Assembly (NCBI GenBank): GCA_963725665.1
Contig: CAVRZA010000001.1
Coordinates: 288,001 to 352,000, forward strand
Length of the DNA stretch: 64,000 bases
Direction of reading: 5' to 3'
Source of the DNA: an uncultured Actinomycetes bacterium
Lineage (GTDB): Bacteria > Actinomycetota > Thermoleophilia > UBA2241
Shown here: positions 21,230 through 29,488 of the stretch, piece after piece
How positions within the stretch are numbered: the first letter of the stretch is position 1
Layout of the letters: each line of letters starts with the position of its first letter
Notes under the pieces: model-generated
Seen by the model: only the letters and a program-made list of their open reading frames with translations
What the model was told of the DNA's origin: nothing
Database searches by the model: none
Translations under genes and position numbers: made by a program

Positions 21230-22070
21230 GGGAAGCGGACTCTACGCGAGGGTGGCCGAGCTCACCGGACAGGGACGCCGTTTCGTGCTGGCCACCATCA
21301 CCGACGTCAAGGGCTCGAGCCCCCGCGGCGTGGGCACGAAGATGCTGGTCATCAGGGACGGCTCGACCGTCGAGACCATCGGCGGGGGCGTGCTCGAGAG
21401 GCAGGCGATCGCGGACGCGCTCGCCTGTCTTGCCTCGGGGCGTCTCCCGCAGCGAACGCTACCAGTTGCGCGAGCAGGGCGACCACGCGCTCGGGGGACT
21501 GTGCGGGGGGGAGGTCACCGTCTTCTTCGAGCCGCACGTCCCCGCAGCACGCTCCTCATCGTCGGGCGCGGGCCACGTAGGCCAGGCGCTGTGCCGGTTC
21601 GCGGCGCTGCTCGACTACCGGGTGGTCGTCCTCGACTCCCGGGAGGACATGGTCATCGCGCGAGCGCTTCCCGAGGCCGAGCGAGCGCATCTGCGGCGAC
21701 CCGGCACGGACGGCCGAGCTGTTCGACATCGACGAGGACACGCACGTCGTCATCGTCACGCACGGTCACGTGCACGACCAGCGGCGCTGCGCTCGGTCAT
21801 CGACTCGCCGGCCGCCTACATCGGCATGATCGGCAGCGCGCAACAAGGTGCGGACGATCTTCGCCCGGCTTCGGGAGGACGGGCGTGGCCGCCGAGCTGC
21901 TCGACCGGGTCCACTCACCCATCGGCCTCGACATCGGCGCCGAGACGCCGGCCGAGCTCGCCCTCTGCATCATGGCCGAGATCGTGGCCGACCGGTACGG
22001 CAAGCTGGCGGCCGCGCACGCCGCGCTCGGCCGCCGGAGCGGGCGGCGGCCGAGGAGTCCCGCGCCGTGA
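21226..22070 (+). CDS. xdhC: XdhC/CoxI family molybdenum hydroxylase maturation chaperone (frameshifted)
   Basis: LATI....GSSPR..G.KM, TIGGG.LE, LCGG.V.VF.EP, GAGHVGQAL, VTHGH.HD, YIGMIGS, SPIGLDIGAETPAELALCI.AEI. Confidence 0.85.
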
Positions 22071-23033
22071 TCCCGCCGCGTCCAGCGGCCTCGACGACGC
22101 CGGCCGGCCGCGTGGCGCTCATCAAGGGTGCCGGCGACCTGGCCACCGGGGTGGCCTCTGCGCCTCCTGCGCTCGGGGTTCGCCGTGGTCATGACCGAGA
22201 TCGCCGCAGCCCACCGTCGTGCGACGGACGGTGGCCTTCGCCGAGGCCGTGTACGAGGGCCGCGACGGTGGTCGAAGGGGTGGAGGGAGTGAGGGTCGAG
22301 GCGGCCGAGCCGGATCGACGACCTCCTGGTCCGCGAAGCGGTGCCCGTGGTCGTCGATCCCGAGGCGGCGCGTGCTGCGCGAGCTCAGGCCCGCCCTGCT
22401 CGTCGACGCCATCGTGGCCAAGCGCAACCTGGGCACGCGCTGGGCGACGCCCCGGCGGTGGTCGCCCTGGGGCCGGGGTTCGTCGCCGGGCGCGACGTGC
22501 ACGCCGTGATCGAGACCAAGCGCGGTCACACGCTAGGCCGGGTCATCTTCGAGGGAGAGGCCCTGCCCAACACCGGCATCCCCGGAGAGGTGGGCGGCTT
22601 CGCGGAGGAGCGTGTGCTGCGTGCTCCCGGCGCGGGGGTCTTTCGCGGCGCGCGCGAGATCGGCGATCGGGTGAGTCGGGATGAGATCGTCGGCCACGTC
22701 GACGATCTCCCGGTCCCCGCGCGCCTGGACGGCGTGCTGCGTGGCTTGCTTCACTCGGGTGTCGCGGTGGGCGCCGGCTTCAAGGTGGGCGACGTCGATC
22801 CCCGCGCGCAGCGTGAGCACTGTTTCGTCGTCTCAGACAAGGCGCTGGCCATCGCTGGTGGAGTGCTCGAGGCCGCGTGCACCCTCCTCGGCGGCGTGCG
22901 CTTTGCGATGACAGAGACGCGACTGTATGAACGTGACGACAGAGACGCGACGGTGAGAGACGTGGCCGTCAGAGAGGCGACAGTGGGAGACGCGACAGAG
23001 ATCGACCGGAGGTCCGAAGGAGGTAGGCAGTGA
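22067..23033 (+). CDS. yqeB: Selenium-dependent molybdenum hydroxylase system protein YqeB (frameshifted)
   Basis: IKGAGDLATGVA, RRTVAFAEAVY.G, VDAI.AKRNLGT, ALGPGF.AGRD.HAVIET.RGH.LGRVI..G.A.PNTGIPG, ERVLRAP, G.LRGL, KVGDVDPR, SDKA.AI.GGVLEA. Confidence 0.88.
22913..23000 (+). repeat. Degenerate 15-bp tandem repeat (AGAGACGCGACRGTG-like) encoding an RDATV-type tail of YqeB
   Basis: Units at 22941, 22956, 22971 and 22986, with a related copy at 22913. Confidence 0.6.
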
Positions 23034-24031
23034 AGTCCTATAGCACACTCATCAAGGGCGCACGCCTTGTCGTGGAGCGTTGCTTCGCTGTGAAGGAGGG
23101 CGACGCGTTGCTCATCATCGCCGACGAGGACCACGAACGTGAGGCCAAGGCCATCGCCGGGGTGGCGTACTCGCACGGCGCGTACCCCACGATCGCCGAC
23201 GTCTCGCACCATGTGAGCGCCGCGCTGGCGTCGATGGCCGTTGCCATGGAGCCGTCCAAGACGGTGGCGGCCGCCATGAAGGCCTCCGACGTGATCATCA
23301 TCACGACCAACCTCGAGTGGGCGAACCGCTTCGCCCACGTGAACCCGGTCGCCGAGAGTTGCGCCCTGGGTGCCAAGATCGGGTCGGTCGAGGAGGGCAT
23401 GGCGGACTGGGACCTCACCTTCGACGACATCGACGCGATCGTGGGTCGGGCCGAGAAGCTCATGGCGGCCATGGAGGGCGCTCGGTGGTGTCGCGTCACG
23501 AACCCGTCGGGCACCGACGTGCGCATCTGCATCGAAGATCGCCCGCCGCTCAAGGTTGTGCCCATCAAGGGCGCCGGTGAGATGATGGGTCCAGTGCCGC
23601 TGTGGGGCGAGGTCGCCTACGCGGCGCGCGAGGACAAGACCGTCGGCACCATCGTGGTCGACGGCATCATGCTCGGCGTCGGGGTCTACGGGTCGCTCAA
23701 GGAGCCCATCACGTGGACCATCGAGGACGGACGCGCCGTGAAGATCGAGGGCGGGCCCGAGGCGGAGCGCCTCAGGAGCGTCATCGCCGATTCCGACGAC
23801 ATGGCCGACGTGGTCGCCGAGTTCGCCATCGGCACGAGCCACAAGGAGGTCTTCGGCTCACCCTCCGAGAAGGGCATGATGGGCACCACGCACTTCGCCC
23901 TGGGCGACAACTCGCACGCCTATCCGGGAGGACAGAGCCGCAGCCGGTTGCACCTCGACGGCTCGGTACGCGACGTGACCATCGAGGTCGACGGGAAGGT
24001 CGTCATCAAGGACGGTGCCCTTGTCATCTGA
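23030..24031 (+). CDS. AmpS/peptidase M29-like (aminopeptidase T family) metallohydrolase
   Basis: EP...VAAAM..SDV, GTD......R, P.GEV..A......GTIVVDG, I.GG.EA..L, AEFAIG, EK...GT.HFALGDN, GG...S.LHLDG. Confidence 0.8.
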   Translation: MKSYSTLIKGARLVVERCFAVKEGDALLIIADEDHEREAKAIAGVAYSHGAYPTIADVSHHVSAALASMAVAMEPSKTVAAAMKASDVIIITTNLEWANRFAHVNPVAESCALGAKIGSVEEGMADWDLTFDDIDAIVGRAEKLMAAMEGARWCRVTNPSGTDVRICIEDRPPLKVVPIKGAGEMMGPVPLWGEVAYAAREDKTVGTIVVDGIMLGVGVYGSLKEPITWTIEDGRAVKIEGGPEAERLRSVIADSDDMADVVAEFAIGTSHKEVFGSPSEKGMMGTTHFALGDNSHAYPGGQSRSRLHLDGSVRDVTIEVDGKVVIKDGALVI

Positions 24032-24032
24032 G

Positions 24033-24419
24033 ATGTCGGAGAGAGTAGTCGTGGTCGGGCTCGACGCCGGCAAGCGCAGCGACATCCCCGGCGGGAGCTG
24101 GGTCTGCGAACTGGTCTCGGGACCGCGCACGGGAGCGAGCGCCAGCATGCTGGGCTTCTCGAGCTGGGCTCCGGGAGCGGACACCAAGCAGCTCGTGCAC
24201 GAGGTCGACGAGCTGTGCTACATCGTGAGCGGCGAGGGCAAGCTCTCCGTGGGCGAGGAAGGCGTGCCGTTTCGCGCCGGGGAGGCGGTGTTCATCCCGG
24301 CCGGCGTGCCGCACGGCGTGGTGAACGACTCGACGGCCGAGATGACCATGGTCTACGTGTTCTCGCACCCCGAGTACCCGCCCACGCGTGAGGCCACCGA
24401 GGCTGAGAGAGGCGCGTGA
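24033..24419 (+). CDS. Cupin domain protein
   Basis: H...E..YIVSGEG and GEAVFIPAGVPHGV.N cupin motifs. Confidence 0.85.
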   Translation: MSERVVVVGLDAGKRSDIPGGSWVCELVSGPRTGASASMLGFSSWAPGADTKQLVHEVDELCYIVSGEGKLSVGEEGVPFRAGEAVFIPAGVPHGVVNDSTAEMTMVYVFSHPEYPPTREATEAERGA

Positions 24420-25068
24420 TCGGGCCGGGGCTGCCGTCGTGGGTCGTTCCGACGAGCGGCGGTCGCGGCTGAGTCACCGGGGCGAGCGCGGCGCCGCGCT
24501 CGTCGCCCTGGCCCTCGCCGCGCTCGTCGTACTGGCCGTCACGCTTCTCGGCGCCTGCTCGGAGTCCGCCCCCGGCGGGTCTCCTTCGCCATCGTCGGTG
24601 GGGGACGCGTTCCGTGCTGCGCACCCCTCGGGCGCCGTTCCGCCGGGGCTGAAGAGGGGCGGCGACGCGAGCCGCGCCGCGGAGCTGTTCGCGGCTCGCG
24701 TCGCCGCCGATCGCATCCTGCTCCCCGGCTGGCTGCCGCCAGACTACGGTCTTGCGGCGCCGTACGTCGGCATCGGGAGTGGCGTCGCCCTGCCCAACCC
24801 CTTCATCTGGGACGGCGGCTACCGCGTCTCCTACAGCGACGGTCGCGGCCTGATCCTGTTGCACGTGGGTTCAGGGCGCCTGCCCGGCGAGGGTGCCTGG
24901 CAGGCGCTGGCGCGCACGTGGCGCGGGACTACCTTACGGATGCGTATCGCGAACGGACTCACGACGGTGGCCTCCCGCGCCGGCGCCCGGCCGGTCGCCG
25001 TCGCCGTCGCCGGAGTCCCGGCCCCACGAGAGACGGCCGTCCGCGTGCTCCGCAGTCTCCGCAGGTGA
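24388..25068 (+). CDS. Hypothetical lipoprotein
   Basis: Hydrophobic stretch ending in the lipobox LLGAC, followed by an S/P-rich linker and a globular region. Start uncertain. Confidence 0.5.
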   Translation: MRPPRLREARDRAGAAVVGRSDERRSRLSHRGERGAALVALALAALVVLAVTLLGACSESAPGGSPSPSSVGDAFRAAHPSGAVPPGLKRGGDASRAAELFAARVAADRILLPGWLPPDYGLAAPYVGIGSGVALPNPFIWDGGYRVSYSDGRGLILLHVGSGRLPGEGAWQALARTWRGTTLRMRIANGLTTVASRAGARPVAVAVAGVPAPRETAVRVLRSLRR

Positions 25069-25133
25069 CGGCGGTCGGCTGACCGAGAGTGCTGGGCGGT
25101 CGGGTCGTCTGCTCGACGAAGCGAATCCCCCGC

Positions 25134-26609
25134 CTAGACCCGGCTTTCGTGTGCGGAGGGCGGCCCGCCTTCGCCGCACAGCCGAGCGAGCACGCCGGCG
25201 TACACGTCGACCGCGGCTTCGAGCTGCGCCACCGGCACGTGCTCGTTCGGGCGGTGGATGTTGCCCATCGCCTCGCCCGGTCCGAAGACGACCACGTCCG
25301 TTCCGGCTCCCTGGTACACCGACGCCTCGGTCGTGCCGCTCTTGAGCTCACTGTCGCTGGGCAGGCCGAGCGAACGCAGCGTCGTGGTGAGCGCCGCCAG
25401 GGTCGCTGAGTCGTCTTCCGCGAGGAAGGGCGGCGACTCGAGGAGGCGCCGGACCTCGACCGTGCATGCGCTCGTCACGCAGCCCTCCCTCAGTCGCTGC
25501 TCGTACTCGTCGAGAACGGCGCCTCGCCGGCCGGCGGACGCCGAGCCGGCGGGCACCGAGCGGACATCGATCACATACTCGAGTCGGCCGGGCGCCAGCC
25601 GCAGGAGACCGTTGTTGACGGTGCTCCACGGCGGCTCGAAGCCTTCCGCGATCTCCTCGCGTAGCTTGGATTTGAGCTGGCGCGTCGCCGCGCGTACGCG
25701 CAACAGCAGCGTGGCGAGGTCGGGCGAGGTGAGGGGCTCGTTCACGAGCGCGTCGGACGCCAAGGGAGACACCTCGACGGCCACCCCGCCGACGCGAGAC
25801 ACGTCGGGTCGCTCCGCGGCGCACATCACGAGTCGACAGGAGGCCGCCACCTTGTTGACGAGGTCGCCGCCCTCGATGCCGACCACTTCGACAGGCTGCT
25901 CGCCCGACCGTCTGCCCGCGAGGTCGCTCAGCAGGTCGAGGCAGGCGTCGTTGGCTGACGCCCCGACATGTGGCTGCGACGAGTGAGCCGCCCTGCCCGT
26001 GAAGGTGAGGCTCCAGAGGGGAAGTGGCGACGGCGACCTCACCGGCGCGTCGGCGGTGACGCGGAACTCGACGTAGCCCTTGTGAGCCGGAGTCGGGCGC
26101 AGGCCGCTCGGCTCGCCGACGAGCGCGAGGGTCGGTGGGGGCCGCAGCGCCGCGACGAGCAGCTTCGCCCCCCAGCGGCCCGTCTCCTCGCCGTAGGTGC
26201 CGGCGAGGAGCACCGGGCGCTGGAGCGGCTCCTCGCGGAGCCGCTCCAGCGCCGCCAGCTTGCAGAGGAAGTCGATCTTCACGTCGGCGGCGCCCAGGCC
26301 ATACAGCCGGCCTTCGCGCAGAGTGAGGGCGAAGGGGTCTCCCCCCGTGCGCGTCCACAACGCCGGGTCGCCGGGCGGCACGGTATCGAGGTGGGTCGTC
26401 AGCAGGAGGGCGCCGGACCGCGGCTCGCCCCGCCACGCCAGCAGGTTGTACTGTCGCTGCCCGTCGTGGACTTCCTCCTGCAGGGTCGTCGTCAGACCCG
26501 CTTGCGAGCAGAGCGGCGCGAGGAACTCGACTACGGGTCGGTCGGAGACTGAGGAGCGGCTGTCGATAGCGACGAGCTTGCGCGCGGCCGCGACGACGTC
26601 AAGCGACAT
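25134..26609 (-). CDS. M20 family metallopeptidase / acetylornithine deacetylase (ArgE/DapE-like)
   Basis: THLDTVP, LYGLGAADVK, GEETG..GA, VGEPS, AHKG, G.AAHSS.P..G..AN, TEAS, FGPG...IH.PNE. Confidence 0.85.
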   Translation of the reverse strand: MSLDVVAAARKLVAIDSRSSVSDRPVVEFLAPLCSQAGLTTTLQEEVHDGQRQYNLLAWRGEPRSGALLLTTHLDTVPPGDPALWTRTGGDPFALTLREGRLYGLGAADVKIDFLCKLAALERLREEPLQRPVLLAGTYGEETGRWGAKLLVAALRPPPTLALVGEPSGLRPTPAHKGYVEFRVTADAPVRSPSPLPLWSLTFTGRAAHSSQPHVGASANDACLDLLSDLAGRRSGEQPVEVVGIEGGDLVNKVAASCRLVMCAAERPDVSRVGGVAVEVSPLASDALVNEPLTSPDLATLLLRVRAATRQLKSKLREEIAEGFEPPWSTVNNGLLRLAPGRLEYVIDVRSVPAGSASAGRRGAVLDEYEQRLREGCVTSACTVEVRRLLESPPFLAEDDSATLAALTTTLRSLGLPSDSELKSGTTEASVYQGAGTDVVVFGPGEAMGNIHRPNEHVPVAQLEAAVDVYAGVLARLCGEGGPPSAHESRV

Positions 26610-26868
26610 GGGAGCCGGGCTCAGCGGCGGGGGCTTGAATGCGATCTGGCACGGTTGTCCTCGGGATCTTCTCCTCCTCAGGGTCGGGGTGCCGAGCAGG
26701 TCACGCGCTACGCCAAGCACGTCGCTCCGCACTCCATGGACGCCCCGAAGCACACCTTGCACGCCGGGGGGCTCTCATCCGGATGCTATAGTAGAAGGCC
26801 TGATGAGCGAACCCCTCGCCTCATTGTCGATCGGCGTCCCCGCGACCGCCGACGCCCGCTGAGGGCGG

Positions 26869-27645
26869 ATGGAGTCGAGCGGCATAGCCGGTAAGCGTGT
26901 CCTCGTCACCGCCGCGGCCACCGGCATCGGCCGCCGCGTGGCTGAGCGCTTCGCCGACGAGGGCGCCCGCGTCCACGTCTGCGACGTGGACGCGGGCGCC
27001 CTCGAGGCCTTCGGCGCCGCTCACCCCTCGATCACCGCTACGCTCGCCGACGTGGCCTATCCCAGCGACATCGACCAGCTCTTCTCCGACGTGCGCGCCC
27101 GCCTCGGCGGTCTCGACGTGCTCGTCAACAACGCCGGCATCGCCGGCCCCGCTGCTCCGGTCGAGGAGATGGACGACGGCAGCTGGCGGCGCACCCTCGA
27201 CGTGAATCTGACAGGCGCCTTCCTGTGCAGCAAGTTCGCGGTGCCGATGATCAAGGAGGCCGGCGGCGGGTCGATCGTCTTCATGTCGTCGAACGCCGGC
27301 ACGATGGGCCTTCCCTTCCGCGGGCCCTACGTGGCCTCGAAGTGGGGACTCATCGGCTTCACGAAGTCGCTGGCCATGGAGCTCGGCCCACACAACATCC
27401 GTGTCAACGCCATCTGCCCCGGCGACGTCGAGGGCGAGCGCATCGATCGCGTCATCGCCGCCGAGGCGCGCAACCGTGGCATGAGCGAGGATGAGGTCAT
27501 CGCCGAGCGTGTCACCGGCGTCTCGCTGCGCACGATGGTCACCGCCGACGACGTGGCCGCGCTCATCCTCTTCGTCTGCTCCGAGGCCGGGGCCAAGATC
27601 TCGGGCCAGGCGCTGGTCGTCGACGGCAACGCCGAGCGCGCCTGA
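26869..27645 (+). CDS. Short-chain dehydrogenase/reductase
   Basis: VTAAATGIG, DVLVNNAG, YVASKW (YxxxK), VNAICPG, ISGQ.LVVDG. Confidence 0.9.
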   Translation: MESSGIAGKRVLVTAAATGIGRRVAERFADEGARVHVCDVDAGALEAFGAAHPSITATLADVAYPSDIDQLFSDVRARLGGLDVLVNNAGIAGPAAPVEEMDDGSWRRTLDVNLTGAFLCSKFAVPMIKEAGGGSIVFMSSNAGTMGLPFRGPYVASKWGLIGFTKSLAMELGPHNIRVNAICPGDVEGERIDRVIAAEARNRGMSEDEVIAERVTGVSLRTMVTADDVAALILFVCSEAGAKISGQALVVDGNAERA

Positions 27646-27673
27646 GGGGTCAAACCCGGACAGTCAAGCGCAG

Positions 27674-28303
27674 ATGCGAACGGAGGCGCTCGACGTGCGT
27701 GCTCGCTGGTTCCTTGTCGCATTGTTGGCGACGCTGGTGGCTGTCGTCGCGGCGCTCGCCTATCGCTACGTCCCCCCCGTCCCCCCGCCCAGAGACGAGC
27801 TGGCGGCCATGCGGAAGACGGCAGCTGCCCTCGAAAGTGCCTTTCTGCCGGGCTGGCCCGACCAGTACGTCGGTAGACCGCTTCCCAAGACCGTGAGGGC
27901 GGCCGTCGACGCGGAGTACCAGGGCGTCATCGGTCGTCTTGGGACGGAGGAGCTCGCGCGCAGCTACTAAGGCACGGACAGCCACGCGCGCATCATGATA
28001 TGGGCGCAGCGTGAGAACCGACGGAACGACTACGTCGTCAGGCACTGGTTCGATCCTGAGAGCGTGCGCTTCGTGCGCAGGCTGTGGAACGGAGACGTCG
28101 AGATAGAGATCATCGGACGCGAACACGACGACGAGGCAACGTGGAGCTCGAGGCGTGAGCGCATCGTGCGCGTCACGGAGCGGCAGGCCTTCCACCGCGA
28201 CCTCATCCGCTTTCGCATGCGTCATGACGATGGTCGCTGGAGGGTCGTCTCCAAGGAATCGATCCGGGCCATCGACGAGACTGGCAGGATCGTCGAGGGG
28301 TAG
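27674..28303 (+). pseudogene. Hypothetical membrane-anchored protein interrupted by an in-frame TAA at 27968-27970
   Basis: ORFs 27491-27970 and 27995-28303 share a frame and are separated by one TAA; N-terminal TM segment. Confidence 0.45.
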
Positions 28304-28492
28304 CCCGGCCCCGCCTCCGCGGCACGACGTCGGGTGCTCTCGTGCGGCGGCCTAATCCTCCCGGCGTCGTCTTCTATTCCGTGGTGCGGCTCCCCCGGCA
28401 AACGGCTTCTGCGACGCAGCATCAGGGCAAGAAAGCTGGCGGTGAGAACGACGCGGGCCGTACCGGCCCGCATTCTGCAGAAGGAGGACGTC

Positions 28493-28807
28493 ATGTTCGC
28501 ACGCGTCACGTCGGCACAGCTCAAGCCGGACCAGGTAGAGACCTTCGTCAGCACGATCCGCGACCAGGTCATCCCCAGGGCGCAGAACCTGCCGGGCTTC
28601 AAGGGAGGCTACTGGCTGGTCGACCGCAGCACCGGCAGGGGTTACGGCATCACGTTGTTCGAGAGCAAGGAGGCACTCGACGCGACCGAGGCTCAGGCCA
28701 ACCGGATACGCGAGGAGGTCAGCAGGGGCGCGGGGCTTGCCATCCCCGCGTTCGAGCACTACGAGGTCGTGGCCTCGGTCGGCTCCGCCGAGGAGACGGC
28801 CGCCTAG
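28493..28807 (+). CDS. Small dimeric alpha+beta barrel (ABM-like) protein
   Basis: AAGGAGG RBS; MFARVT...........P.....PGFKG...L.DR.TG....ITL.ES..AL.A......YEV pattern. Confidence 0.75.
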   Translation: MFARVTSAQLKPDQVETFVSTIRDQVIPRAQNLPGFKGGYWLVDRSTGRGYGITLFESKEALDATEAQANRIREEVSRGAGLAIPAFEHYEVVASVGSAEETAA

Positions 28808-29048
28808 CCACAAGCGTGCCCGGGCGTTGCCGCGGTCGCCGGGGCGGCGACCGCGGCGGCCCGGGTCGAAGCCGACATCCAGCGTCACCCCGCCCAGCGC
28901 CGGGTCGATTCCCTCTTCTCCCGCGCGCACCTCTGTCGAACGGACCTGACACGAGGGGCTCGCCATCGCCTCACTGGCTGAGTCCCTCGACTCGTACCTA
29001 GAACGCGAGGAGGGGCGGGCAAAGGGCCCCGGCCGGCGGGCGGCCTCG

Positions 29049-29402
29049 TCAGCAGGTGATGTGAAGGACGGCGCGGGCCTCCTTCGCCTGTGCCTCTCCG
29101 AGCAGCCGTAACGCCTGCTCGGTGGGCAGCGCGACGATCTCGATGCCGCGTCGCTCGGCCTCCGCCCACACCTCTGGCATGATCGGCAGGCTGCCGTTGG
29201 CACCGGTCCCCACGATCAAGCGCTCGCCGCCCCAAGGGATCGCCTCATCGACGGAGAGCGGGGTGTGGCCATAGCGGTCGCGGTAGGCCTTGGAGCGTTT
29301 CTTGCTTCGCTTCTCGACCCGGCCCGCGTCGATCACCACGTCGTTGATGTAGCGGTGGCCGTCGATCTCGATCTCACCGAACTCGATCCAGCGCGCTTTC
29401 AT
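29049..29402 (-). CDS. Mth938-like domain protein
   Basis: FG.I.IDG..Y..DV, LIVGTG..G.L, GIE....PT..A, C-terminal LHITC; AGGAGG RBS. Confidence 0.85.
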   Translation of the reverse strand: MKARWIEFGEIEIDGHRYINDVVIDAGRVEKRSKKRSKAYRDRYGHTPLSVDEAIPWGGERLIVGTGANGSLPIMPEVWAEAERRGIEIVALPTEQALRLLGEAQAKEARAVLHITC

Positions 29403-29488
29403 CACCCACCTCCTACGGGTGCGGTGCTGCACCCCGTACCCGAGTGTTCCCGCAGCGGCCAGGGGTGCTGCGCCGGCCGGCTGCCTGG

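Noticed and set aside
16058-23033. Selenocysteine (UGA) recoding or programmed frameshifting in the Se-related genes
   Set aside because: I found no in-frame TGA at a conserved Cys position. The breaks are scattered indels without consistent slippery sites, and YqeB/YqeC indicate a non-Sec labile selenium cofactor.
1-24419. Ordinary purine or pyrimidine catabolic cluster (BMP transporter + XDH + PreA + PucG-like aminotransferase)
   Set aside because: No deaminases, nucleoside phosphorylases, dihydropyrimidinase/allantoinase, carbamoyltransferase or carbamate kinase are present, and the UbiD, two ADHs and two AORs would be unexplained. It remains the main alternative and is not fully excluded, because genes upstream of the window are unseen.
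26869-27645. SDR as pyridoxal 4-dehydrogenase
   Set aside because: Only generic SDR motifs are visible, and an opposite-strand gene separates it from the operon.
28395-28445. c-di-GMP-I riboswitch-like words (GGCAAAC...GACGCA) upstream of the ABM-like gene
   Set aside because: No GNRA-capped P2 stem of adequate length and no GCAAAG junction. An Rfam covariance search would be needed and I expect it to fail.
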